Source: a bacterium
GTDB lineage: Bacteria > Patescibacteriota > Minisyncoccia > Phycocordibacterales > UBA9973
NCBI GenBank assembly: GCA_037127795.1
Contig: JBAXXQ010000001.1
Location: forward strand, 515,687 to 579,686
DNA length: 64,000 nt
Reading direction: 5' to 3'
Numbering within the stretch: the first letter of the stretch is position 1; each line of letters starts with the position of its first letter. Position numbers and translations under genes: made by a program. The notes under the pieces were generated by a model, which saw nothing but the letters and a program-made list of their open reading frames with translations, made no database searches and was not told the origin of the DNA. This document shows, piece by piece, positions 30,993 through 39,544 of the stretch.

Positions 30993-31856
30993 TTAGAACA
31001 AGTCCGCCGAGAAATTGGCGGACTTTTTTATTGAAAAATCTTTGTACACAACAAGATACTCAAATTTGAAACTATCCATAAGTGTATGCGGCTCAACAAA
31101 AAACAAACAAGTCGTAAGTGCATCTGCAACAATAGCGGTATCTGCGACAACCCAGACCGCAATTATTTCTCTTGGCGATACGAGTGTTTTGGGATTTATA
31201 ATATGAGTAAAATCTCCCCATGCGCGTCGCGCCCCAGAAGATCCTGCAATACTCTTATTTTGCAATTGATACACACCGAGTACCTGTGTGGTGTCTTCTG
31301 GATTTTCCAAACCAATAGCGAGCGGTGTAGTATTTTTATACAAAATATCCCCTCCTGCATCAATACAAAAATACTGTATACCAAAACTTTGTAATACTTC
31401 CCCTACTAGATCGATCAAATACCCCTTACCTGCAGCGCCAAAATCAAGCTGTATAGGAATACTTGTCTGCAATATAGGATATTCATACGATAACACATCT
31501 TCCCAGAGTAGTGTCTTTTGTAATACCTCTTTTTGCTGTAATGAATATTCTTTATCATACCCCGCAGATACGAGAGCACTCCCTATAAGCGGCGTAAAAA
31601 ATCCATCGGTTTTTTCATACAGTGTTTTGTATATATCAAGTAATTTTTGCGCATATAATGGGAATACATACTCGCCAGCGTTTTGCGATATTGCATGCAC
31701 AATAGAATCTGTTCTAAATCGAGAAAAAGTTTTTTCAAAATCTGAAATATTTTCTTTGATACCAGAAATAACTTCAGCCTCTTTTTCAATAGAAAGAGGC
31801 TGATATATATCTATTATCCAGTGTGTTCCTATAGCTTCAAAAACAAACTGTGTCAT
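30993..31856 (-). CDS. apbE: FAD:protein FMN transferase ApbE
   Basis: ApbE motifs DFGAAGKGYLID, DAGGDI, AGSSGARRAWGDFTHIINPKT and VVADTAIVADALTT. Confidence 0.8.
   Translation of the reverse strand: MTQFVFEAIGTHWIIDIYQPLSIEKEAEVISGIKENISDFEKTFSRFRTDSIVHAISQNAGEYVFPLYAQKLLDIYKTLYEKTDGFFTPLIGSALVSAGYDKEYSLQQKEVLQKTLLWEDVLSYEYPILQTSIPIQLDFGAAGKGYLIDLVGEVLQSFGIQYFCIDAGGDILYKNTTPLAIGLENPEDTTQVLGVYQLQNKSIAGSSGARRAWGDFTHIINPKTLVSPREIIAVWVVADTAIVADALTTCLFFVEPHTLMDSFKFEYLVVYKDFSIKKSANFSADLF
30999..31031 (+). terminator. rho-independent terminator
   Basis: AGTCCGCC/GGCGGACT stem followed by TTTTTTATT. Confidence 0.7.
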
Positions 31857-31862
31857 AAGAAA

Positions 31863-32459
31863 TTACGCTTTTGCTTGCGCCTTGATTTGATTCAATGCAT
31901 CATTAAATCCTTTTGGAGTAAGAGATGCACCAGAAACTTTTGTAAGATAAATACTTGCGATATTTTTTCCTACTACATAGCCTTGATATCCACTTATGAA
32001 TTTTTCTTGATATCGAGCTGAAGTATGGTCTCCTGCTTCTGGGGTTACACTTGCAGCAGTTACAATATCATTTGCAATAGTAAGTGTCACTGCGATTTGA
32101 TCTTCTCCTCCTGGAGACATATATGAGCCAGTTGCAGAATAACTACCATTTTTGTATGTACTAGACTTTACTGTAGCAGGTTTTGTAGGTGCCACTGGTT
32201 GCTGTGGGACATTACTATTTACTGTAGTCACCGCAGGACTATCTGATTCATTATTATCAGAATCTCCGTCTTTTACTGGCTCCAATCCGGCTTGCTGATC
32301 AGTATTTTGTACTACAGGAGTACTTGTATTATTTGTAGAAGTATTTGATGCAACTGTTGTGTCAGGCTTTTTATCTCCTGCAAATGTCGCAAGTGCAACT
32401 CCTGCAACAGCAACAATCCCCACCGCTATACCAATATTTTTTTTCGTATTTTGTTCCAT
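31863..32459 (-). CDS. membrane-anchored FMN-binding domain protein, candidate ApbE substrate
   Basis: N-terminal TM helix, low-complexity linker, and an FMN_bind domain (YKNGSYSATGSYMSPGG...IAVTLTI...) ending in an SGAS flavinylation-type motif (LTKVSGASLTP). Confidence 0.7.
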   Translation of the reverse strand: MEQNTKKNIGIAVGIVAVAGVALATFAGDKKPDTTVASNTSTNNTSTPVVQNTDQQAGLEPVKDGDSDNNESDSPAVTTVNSNVPQQPVAPTKPATVKSSTYKNGSYSATGSYMSPGGEDQIAVTLTIANDIVTAASVTPEAGDHTSARYQEKFISGYQGYVVGKNIASIYLTKVSGASLTPKGFNDALNQIKAQAKA

Positions 32460-32484
32460 ACTATTTTTATATATTATCTATTAA

Positions 32485-32955
32485 TTACACCAACCTTCGC
32501 ACAGGAGCTTCACGAGGAGGCTCAGGTGTTGGTACTGAAACTGGTATTTGTATATTTTTGTTACCTCTTTGGTGCAAAGAAAGTGCATCAGCACCATTCA
32601 TAAAGACTACAAATGTCGCGCATGCAAGACCAAAATCTCTCACTCCGATTTCTCCATATCCTACAACATACATAATATCAAACAAGTGTAATGCGAGTAG
32701 TAATGCCACAATGCGAGTATGCCATCCGAATACCAAGAGTAATCCAAACGCTACTTCAAACAATGCATTGAAGTACACAAGCACTGTCGCACTCACTCCG
32801 AGCGCACTCGTAACAGAATCAGGGATATATGCTGTCCATACATCGGTATGAAGAAATTGCTGAAATCCAAACCACAAAATAACCATTGCCATAGTGATAC
32901 GAAGTACTACAGGAGCGTACGTTTCTATTGTTGAAATTATTTTTTGCATATTCAT
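32485..32955 (-). CDS. DoxX-family membrane protein
   Basis: Four TM helices with a DoxX-like pattern (PVVLRITMAMVILWFGFQQF). The track ORF extends to 33027; the Met at 32955 sits directly after a TATA-rich element. Confidence 0.55.
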   Translation of the reverse strand: MNMQKIISTIETYAPVVLRITMAMVILWFGFQQFLHTDVWTAYIPDSVTSALGVSATVLVYFNALFEVAFGLLLVFGWHTRIVALLLALHLFDIMYVVGYGEIGVRDFGLACATFVVFMNGADALSLHQRGNKNIQIPVSVPTPEPPREAPVRRLV

Positions 32956-32996
32956 AAGTATACTATATATACGACTACATCCTCTTTTTTGGTGCA

Positions 32997-33461
32997 TTGA
33001 CAAAACGTTTTTATCCTGTAATATCAAGAAAAAAATGTACCATGAAAATTACTATTTTTAGCAATACTGCAACAGTAACTATTCCTAAAAAATTATTAAA
33101 TTCTTTTATAGCTTTTTTAAGGAATAACAAATTTGAATTAGTAGACTATATCGATTCAATAGAAGTTTTAGATCATTTGGATGTACTTATACAAGTCCAC
33201 CAAAACCAGGTTCTTTTTATTAAGAAAAAAATAGAAATCTGGAATAGTACAAACCACCCAAGACCTAAAAAAATAACTGAGCTAAAAATAAGAAAAGGTA
33301 AATTTTTAGCTACTATTACTATTTCTGGTATTTTATATAGAATCGGTACTGAGCAAGATAATTTCTTGTCAGCACTGGAACTAGCACAAATCTACCAACA
33401 AGAAGATCAACCAATAGTAATATTAAATGACAAGGGAGAAAAAGTTACTAGGTCAACATAA
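32997..33461 (+). CDS. hypothetical protein, possible AbrB/SpoVT-like N-terminal swapped-hairpin
   Basis: MKITIFSNTATVTIPKKLL resembles the looped-hinge DNA-binding motif; otherwise unknown. Confidence 0.3.
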   Translation: MTKRFYPVISRKKCTMKITIFSNTATVTIPKKLLNSFIAFLRNNKFELVDYIDSIEVLDHLDVLIQVHQNQVLFIKKKIEIWNSTNHPRPKKITELKIRKGKFLATITISGILYRIGTEQDNFLSALELAQIYQQEDQPIVILNDKGEKVTRST

Positions 33462-33524
33462 ATTGACCACAAAAAGCGCTTCATTACGGGGCGCTTTTTC
33501 TATAGCTTTTTATAGATTTTCGTG

Positions 33525-33530
33525 TATAAT
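33525..33530 (+). promoter_or_regulatory. candidate -10 element TATAAT for the mini-gene
   Basis: TATAAT lies 30 nt upstream of the ATG at 33561; AGGA at 33545-33548 is a plausible ribosome-binding site. Confidence 0.3.
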
Positions 33531-33560
33531 AGCTTTATATTATTAGGAACGACTATATTT

Positions 33561-33698
33561 ATGGCAAAAAGAAGTACAACACTTGGCAAAAAAGAGAAAT
33601 CAAAGCACTCACACAAGACTCAAAAGCGTCTTGATATCAAATACGATATGATTGCAAAAAAACTCGCAACCGTAAAAGGTTCACGAAAAAGCAAATAA
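33561..33698 (+). CDS. 45-aa highly basic mini-protein (MAKRSTTLGKKEKSKHSHKTQKRLDIKYDMIAKKLATVKGSRKSK)
   Basis: Has its own -10 element, RBS and ATG, and is followed by a 28-nt perfect palindromic terminator. Below the 60-aa track cutoff. Confidence 0.4.
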   Translation: MAKRSTTLGKKEKSKHSHKTQKRLDIKYDMIAKKLATVKGSRKSK

Positions 33699-33702
33699 TA
33701 CA

Positions 33703-33740
33703 AAAACCCCTTATCGCGCGATAAGGGGTTTTATATATTC
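33703..33740. terminator. strong rho-independent terminator
   Basis: AACCCCTTATCGCG/CGCGATAAGGGGTT perfect 14-bp stem followed by TTTTATATATT. Confidence 0.75.
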
Positions 33741-33780
33741 ATATATTAATATTATAAATAAGTATATAATATTAATATAT
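33741..33780. repeat. perfect 16-bp inverted repeat ATATATTAATATTATA-N8-TATAATATTAATATAT overlapping the start codon of ORF 33779
   Basis: Read directly from the sequence. Candidate operator or stem-loop. Confidence 0.6.
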
Positions 33781-34198
33781 GAAAAAAGATCAAACAAATA
33801 CGACTTTAATAATACTATGTTTTATAGTGATAATTTTTATGATTGGTAATCCAAATAATCACTCTAAACTAAATAAGGATGAACAACAAAATTGTTCAAT
33901 TTTAGCAAAAACATATTTTGATAAAAATTGGAATACACCAGATAGTGATATACCTAATTATACATATAAAAGTAATTTTAATTCAAAACTCAACAAATGT
34001 TTTATTGCGGTTAGTGGTATAGGGGGTGATATTTCAAATTACCAATTAAGAGATGTTAATAGTAATACTTACACGGCCATATGTGGCTCCTATACAAAAA
34101 CACCTGAACTAAATTCTTGTTTTTTGGGTGATACAAAAAAACAAGAATTTGATCTGGAAAAATACAATAATTTTATTAGTTTCTATATGAATAATTAA
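33779..34198 (+). CDS. small secreted Cys-containing hypothetical protein in an AT-rich islet
   Basis: Signal/TM segment TLIILCFIVIIFMIGNP; 4 Cys; Asn/Lys-rich; very AT-rich coding sequence. Confidence 0.4.
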   Translation: MKKDQTNTTLIILCFIVIIFMIGNPNNHSKLNKDEQQNCSILAKTYFDKNWNTPDSDIPNYTYKSNFNSKLNKCFIAVSGIGGDISNYQLRDVNSNTYTAICGSYTKTPELNSCFLGDTKKQEFDLEKYNNFISFYMNN

Positions 34199-34428
34199 TA
34201 CTTTTTTTAAAATACCTAAACCCTATATCTTAAACTACTAAAGAAAAAATCAATATATAAAATTGTATTTTATATATTAGATTACATTCAAACTATCATA
34301 TAATAGTTATAGATAAGAAAATCTATTTTCATTAAGAGAAGGGTCTCTATTTGAGAAAAGAGATTTAACCCAATACTTAAAGAGTAAATTAATTCTAAAA
34401 GATAAACAGATGTTGATTGAAGATTTTT

Positions 34429-35895
34429 CTAAGGTATAAACTTATCAAGAATTTTTTCAATATCTAAGTCATCTAGTGGTTTATCCTTTAATTGCCATAT
34501 ATGCATTGTCTGCATCCAATGATACGCCAGATTCTCGGAAAGTAGTTCTGCATTTGTAGCTGCAGGTGGGTATTTAAGTGATTTACCAGATAATGCAGAA
34601 ATATCACTTTCGATTAAAAGCCATTGGCCATAAGAATCTTCAGGTGACTTTACAAGCACCATATTCCAACCTTGTCTATTTTCTCTATTTTCTTCGATAT
34701 AAATAGCTCCTGCATGAATTAAATGGTGTTTCTTTAACTCTTCACCAAAGGCTGGAAGCCTACTATTGATATATAAGGCATTAGGAGAGAAAAAGTTTAT
34801 GGTTAAGGTTCTATTTCCTAAACTATATGTTCTGTCTCTACTGTTAAAACTATGAGTAATTTTAGTCTCTTGAATATTTTTATTAATTAAACTGACAGCT
34901 TCATCAAAACGTTCCAATAAAACACCTTCCATGTAATTTATTTTTCCCTGTCTTTCTTTTTCTTCATTTGCTTTAAATTCTGCCTCCAATTGACGACTTT
35001 GTTCTGCATCATAATTCTTCTTGATTCTATCAACTAATGGAGAATTCGTGTTTACTGTTTGAAAATCAGTGTTTAAAATATCAAGCACCTCATCAACAGT
35101 TTGATAGCGTTTATTTTGATCCTTCTCTAGTAGTTTTCTAACGAGACCATCTAAATGATTCGGAATATTTTTATTAATACTCACCACTCGAACAGGAGAC
35201 TCATATAAATGCTGACTCCTCAAATCAACAATATCATCCGCTAAAAAAGGCACACGACCAGTAAGAGCTTCAAAAAGCATAACTCCAATAGCGTATAGAT
35301 CAGATGCGCGAGTTATTGTCTTTCTTTCCCATATTTCTGGGGCCATATAACGCGGTGTCCCACCTCCTTTAAAGGTTAGCGTCTTAGTTGCTTCATCTAG
35401 CGATTTAGATAACCCTAGATCTCCAATCTTTAAAGTTTTATTTAAAATAAGAATATTTTCTGGCTTCAAATCGCGATGCACTACACGATCATGTAGTGTT
35501 TTAAGTCCTGAAAGAATTTGTTTAAAATCATCAACTATTTCAGGGACACTCCGATCTTTTTTTGACAGTATCATGTCACGATAATTTCCCTCAGAACAAT
35601 ATTCTGTGACAGTAAAGAAATATTTATTACCCCTATAGATATGCTCACCAGTACCTATGAGCTTAAGAACATTTAGATCGTCTAGACCAAGAAGTGCTGA
35701 GGTTTCTCTCTCAAATGATGTAAGTGTATCAGCATCTTTAACTGGACCTAAAGTTTTTATAGCAAAAGAAGATCCGTTTTCATTGTGTGCCAGATAAACA
35801 ACACCGAAACCACCTCTTCCAATTTCTTCAGATATTGTATAATTCTCTGATTTATCAGTGATTTTTTCACCTATCATATAAGCATATGATATCAT
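34429..35895 (-). CDS. Hanks-type Ser/Thr protein kinase with unknown C-terminal domain (about 210 aa)
   Basis: GRGGFGVVYLA, AIK, HRDLKPENILI, DLGLSK, GTPRYMAPE. No TM segment. The C-terminal domain carries no recognisable motif. Confidence 0.9.
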   Translation of the reverse strand: MISYAYMIGEKITDKSENYTISEEIGRGGFGVVYLAHNENGSSFAIKTLGPVKDADTLTSFERETSALLGLDDLNVLKLIGTGEHIYRGNKYFFTVTEYCSEGNYRDMILSKKDRSVPEIVDDFKQILSGLKTLHDRVVHRDLKPENILILNKTLKIGDLGLSKSLDEATKTLTFKGGGTPRYMAPEIWERKTITRASDLYAIGVMLFEALTGRVPFLADDIVDLRSQHLYESPVRVVSINKNIPNHLDGLVRKLLEKDQNKRYQTVDEVLDILNTDFQTVNTNSPLVDRIKKNYDAEQSRQLEAEFKANEEKERQGKINYMEGVLLERFDEAVSLINKNIQETKITHSFNSRDRTYSLGNRTLTINFFSPNALYINSRLPAFGEELKKHHLIHAGAIYIEENRENRQGWNMVLVKSPEDSYGQWLLIESDISALSGKSLKYPPAATNAELLSENLAYHWMQTMHIWQLKDKPLDDLDIEKILDKFIP

Positions 35896-35953
35896 TTTTT
35901 ACTTGAAGACCCCAATGTCACGTGTTTAGGTCCTTCGATACTAAACTAAGCTG

Positions 35954-36024
35954 CTGGGGTGCAAGGACTCGAACCTCAATAAACGGTACCAGAAACCGTT
36001 GTCCTACCATTAGACGACACCCCA
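35954..36024 (-). tRNA. tRNA-Gln (anticodon CUG)
   Basis: Cloverleaf with U1:A72, G73 discriminator, anticodon loop UUCUGGU, T-loop TTCGAGT. CCA is not encoded. Confidence 0.85.
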
Positions 36025-36060
36025 ATATGTACAAAATAGTATATTTTTGTACAAAACGGA

Positions 36061-36984
36061 TTATACCTTTAAATATTTGCGAATTGCAAATGCACTAGAA
36101 AGTACCCCGAGGAATACCCCTGCCAAGAGTACTACAAAAGCGAGCGAGAAGAAATGACTCATAAAGTAGGTAAAGAGGTTTATCCCTATGAGAGAGGTTG
36201 CGCGGACACCGAGCATATAGACAGTCGGTATAGTAATAAGAAGCATTATGAGCCATGCTACAGCCCCATAGAGCCCCCCTTGTACGAGGAATGGCGCTCT
36301 CGTATATCCACTACTTGCTCCCACAAGTCGCATAATACCAATCTCTTCGCGCCAAAGGTATATAGCAAGACGAATAGTCGTAAGCATGATAAGTACTGAA
36401 ATAGTCGCAAATACGACAATGATTGCAATACCGAGCTTATTTGCAGAATCGCTAATACGATTGATACGATCAATTATTTCTTTATTTTGATTGTAGTTTA
36501 TATGCTCGATAATATCCCCATACTGTGAAGCTTTTTTGTCTGTACCTTCGAGTACTGCGACGATATTTTCATAATGACTTGAGTCAGTCGCTTTGATAGA
36601 AAGGAATCCTCCAAATGGGTTTTGATTGAGCTCATCGAGCGCTTGGATAGTGAGATAGTCTCCTGCATTGCGAGTACGGAATGCCAACACTTGCTCATCA
36701 CTAGTCGTATACGAAACACTTTTTACATCAGGGAGACTTTCGAGTGTTTGGCGAAGTTTCAAAATTTTATCTTCTGATGCAGATACAGTGAAATATACAG
36801 ACACATCTACTTTTTGCTCGAGAGTTGCGAGAGTGGTATCGAGTACTGCGTGAAAAAGGAATAACCCTGTAATAACACAGAGTGTAATAGTAGTTGCCAA
36901 AATAGCAGCAGAAGACACTACTCCATTTCTTTTAAATGAAACCCATCCTGCTCGTACTGCTCGTTTTATAGTGATCCAAAACAT
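36061..36984 (-). CDS. ftsX: cell-division ABC transporter permease FtsX
   Basis: FtsX topology (N-terminal TM, large periplasmic loop, three C-terminal TM helices); directly downstream of ftsE. Confidence 0.85.
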   Translation of the reverse strand: MFWITIKRAVRAGWVSFKRNGVVSSAAILATTITLCVITGLFLFHAVLDTTLATLEQKVDVSVYFTVSASEDKILKLRQTLESLPDVKSVSYTTSDEQVLAFRTRNAGDYLTIQALDELNQNPFGGFLSIKATDSSHYENIVAVLEGTDKKASQYGDIIEHINYNQNKEIIDRINRISDSANKLGIAIIVVFATISVLIMLTTIRLAIYLWREEIGIMRLVGASSGYTRAPFLVQGGLYGAVAWLIMLLITIPTVYMLGVRATSLIGINLFTYFMSHFFSLAFVVLLAGVFLGVLSSAFAIRKYLKV

Positions 36985-36993
36985 ATATCTGTA

Positions 36994-37674
36994 TTATACC
37001 TTATGTGCGCGCTTTTGTTCATCTTTTATAATACGACCATGCTCCATAGTGATAATACGCTTTCCTACGGCTTTGATAAGCTGCTCATCATGAGTCGCAA
37101 GTATCACCGTAGTACCAAGCTCATTTATTTTTTTCAAAATTTCTATCACGTCGAGCGTGTTTGCAGTATCGAGATTACCTGTCGGCTCATCTGCGATAAG
37201 TACTTCTGGCTGGTTGATAATAGCGCGTGCTATAGCAAGGCGCTGCTTCTCTCCACCAGAAAGCTGATTGGGAAAATGAAACATACGGCTCTCAAGCCCT
37301 ACGAGCTGCAATACGTGCGGTACATCAGAAATAATCTCTTCATCACTTTTGCCAGCAGCTTCCATAGCAAATGCAATATTTTCATATGCGGTTTTATCTC
37401 CGAGAAGTCTAAAGTCTTGGAAAATAGTACCTACGCGACGACGAAGATGATTTATCTCTGTCGCAGAGCATGTATTGAGATCTTTTTCTTCAAAAAGGAC
37501 AGATCCTTGTGTAGGGATTTCTTCACAAAGAAGAAGTTTTGTAAGCGTTGTTTTGCCGGCACCAGACGGGCCAACAATAGTAACAAACTCTCCTTTTTCT
37601 ATATGCAAATTGATATGCTGTAATGCAACAGCGCCATTCTGATATGCTTTTGCAACATCGGTAAATGTAATCAT
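36994..37674 (-). CDS. ftsE: cell-division ATP-binding protein FtsE
   Basis: Walker [24 protein letters not shown] signature, Walker [12 protein letters not shown]. Confidence 0.9.
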   Translation of the reverse strand: MITFTDVAKAYQNGAVALQHINLHIEKGEFVTIVGPSGAGKTTLTKLLLCEEIPTQGSVLFEEKDLNTCSATEINHLRRRVGTIFQDFRLLGDKTAYENIAFAMEAAGKSDEEIISDVPHVLQLVGLESRMFHFPNQLSGGEKQRLAIARAIINQPEVLIADEPTGNLDTANTLDVIEILKKINELGTTVILATHDEQLIKAVGKRIITMEHGRIIKDEQKRAHKV

Positions 37675-37694
37675 AGAGACCTTAGTATAGCATA

Positions 37695-38576
37695 TTATAC
37701 TGCCGGTATAAAAATATCTATATTCCCACGTTCAAGCACACTCTCTGTATCCCCTGTTTCTATACCAGTTTTATGATCCTTGATGAGCTTGTATGGATGA
37801 AGTGTATAACTACGCATTTGATTCCCCCATTCGATGTCGGTTGTTTTTGAAATTTGCATGCCGGCTTCGTGTGCAAGGCGCTCATCTTCGCGGAGTTTGT
37901 AGAGCTTCCCTTGGAGTATAGACAGTGCGCGTTGTTTATTTTGCTCTTGGCTGCGCTCAGTAGTCGCATGTACAGACAATCCTGTTGGCTTGTGTACAAT
38001 ACGTACCGCTGTCTCGCGTTTGTTTACATTTTGCCCACCAGGACCTCCTGCTCGCGCAAAAGAAATATCAAGTTCACTGTCTGGTATTACAATATCGGTA
38101 GTTTCTTTTGAAAAATCAGGAACCACTTCTACAAGCGCAAACGATGTTTGCCGTTTTCCATTTGCATTAAAAGGACTAATACGTACCAAGCGATGTACAC
38201 CGGATTCGTTTTTCAATGTGCCATACACCTGCGCACCAGTTATAATAAAACTTACATTTCTATATCCGCCATGATCATTTTGATTTTCATCAATATATGA
38301 AAGCCCCCACCCTTTTTTCTCAACATACTTGGTATACATATGGAGCAACATACCAGCAAAATCTTCTGCATCGTCTCCTCCTGCTCCTGCAAAAATAGTC
38401 ACTACTGCATTACCTTTGTCGTACTTTGCACTACCGAGCAATGCATCACGAAGCTCCTTGAGCTCCTTGATCATAGACTGTGCAGCATTTTTGTCATTCC
38501 AAAAATCCGCCCCTCCCATAGCAGCTTCTATATATTCTATACGGTTTTGTATTTCTTCTTTGTTCACTATAGACAC
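37695..38576 (-). CDS. prfB: peptide chain release factor 2, apparently lacking the programmed frameshift
   Basis: SPF motif ([15 protein letters not shown]) and GGQ ([12 protein letters not shown]). Contiguous 293-aa frame from a GTG; no CUU-UGA-C site found upstream. Confidence 0.85.
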   Translation of the reverse strand: MSIVNKEEIQNRIEYIEAAMGGADFWNDKNAAQSMIKELKELRDALLGSAKYDKGNAVVTIFAGAGGDDAEDFAGMLLHMYTKYVEKKGWGLSYIDENQNDHGGYRNVSFIITGAQVYGTLKNESGVHRLVRISPFNANGKRQTSFALVEVVPDFSKETTDIVIPDSELDISFARAGGPGGQNVNKRETAVRIVHKPTGLSVHATTERSQEQNKQRALSILQGKLYKLREDERLAHEAGMQISKTTDIEWGNQMRSYTLHPYKLIKDHKTGIETGDTESVLERGNIDIFIPAV

Positions 38577-38640
38577 TGTAGCAAAAATTATCCAAATAAA
38601 AAAGCACAGTATACACCATGCTTTTTAAATCTTTTTTTAA

Positions 38641-39084
38641 TTAATCCTCATTATACCCTGATGCAATTTTTGTAGGAATCATGTTGATATAAAAATCAGA
38701 ATCAGAACCAGGACCTCCCTTTGGTACTTTATTTGCAAGATAAATTTTTCCACCTAGAGATTTGTTCATTTCAGTAAAAAAATTAAGATCTTCTGCGCAA
38801 ACATAATACTTTTCAGAAAGAGTTACTTCAGGAATAATTTTTTTTACTCTTTGTAAAATTATTATTTCCAATTTACTTCCTAATGAAGAGCTATGCAATG
38901 TTCCCGCAACTACATAATAAGATTTATGTTTAATAACACTCTTATCATATATAATTTCTTTTATATGCCTTTTTGAAAACATAAAAATAGTAAAAACAAT
39001 TGCTGCACCGAAAAGAAAATTATAAAAATTTTCCTCCTGAAAGTGAATTAATAAATACATAAAAATTAAATTTGAATGATACAA
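38641..39084 (-). CDS. hypothetical protein (147 aa)
   Basis: Hydrophobic N-terminus; no motif recognised. Confidence 0.3.
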   Translation of the reverse strand: MYHSNLIFMYLLIHFQEENFYNFLFGAAIVFTIFMFSKRHIKEIIYDKSVIKHKSYYVVAGTLHSSSLGSKLEIIILQRVKKIIPEVTLSEKYYVCAEDLNFFTEMNKSLGGKIYLANKVPKGGPGSDSDFYINMIPTKIASGYNED

Positions 39085-39126
39085 TATTTTTTAGAAAATT
39101 ATCATATATATAAAAAAAAGTCAATG

Positions 39127-39199
39127 AGCCACCTCCGAGGATCGAACTCGGGACCCCAGCTTTACGAAAGCTGTGCTCTACCAACTGAGCTAAGGTGGC
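39127..39199 (-). tRNA. tRNA-Thr (anticodon CGU)
   Basis: GCCACCT/AGGTGGC acceptor stem, D-arm GCTCAGTTGGTAGAGC, anticodon loop TTCGTAA, T-loop TTCGATC. Confidence 0.85.
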
Positions 39200-39276
39200 G
39201 ATATTTAGATTTAGTATTTTTTTTACTTGATTGACAAACTATACCAAAAAGCATACATTTTACAAAACACTTATAT

Positions 39277-39507
39277 ATGAACATTGTATCTATTTGGCTT
39301 AAAAACCACCGAAGACGTGCTCGTATCAATTATTTTAAAAAGACCAGATTTATATTAATTAATCTCAAAAATGCAAAAGAAAAAGCAGAAAAAAATGCTC
39401 GTATGGCTGCATTATCTTTGACATTAAAAGATCTTGGTTCTTTTGGAACAGATAAGATTCGTAAAAAAATCTTACTCATAATTGATAGAGAACTAAAAAC
39501 CCAATAA
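39277..39507 (+). CDS. small basic hypothetical protein (76 aa)
   Basis: Complete ORF with a terminator directly after it. Confidence 0.3.
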   Translation: MNIVSIWLKNHRRRARINYFKKTRFILINLKNAKEKAEKNARMAALSLTLKDLGSFGTDKIRKKILLIIDRELKTQ

Positions 39508-39544
39508 AGCTTCTTTCACCAAAGACTGAAGCTTTATTTTTTTC
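39506..39544. terminator. bidirectional rho-independent terminator
   Basis: AAAGCTTC/GAAGCTTT stem followed by ATTTTTTTC. Confidence 0.6.

Noticed and set aside
33462-35953. Direct repeat of the tRNA-Gln 3-prime end (att site) delimiting the AT-rich islet
   Set aside because: Scanned 33000-35950 by eye for copies of TTCGAGTCCTTGCACCCCA or its complement and saw none. Island boundaries stay unproven, and no integrase is present.
37003-37623. 206-aa plus-strand ORF antisense to ftsE
   Set aside because: Antisense to a canonical ABC ATPase with no motif of its own. Spurious.
38577-38640. Possible upstream exon and CUU-UGA-C programmed frameshift for prfB
   Set aside because: Looked for the motif and an alternative-frame N-terminal ORF in the 64-nt spacer and found neither. 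The gene reads as a single frame.
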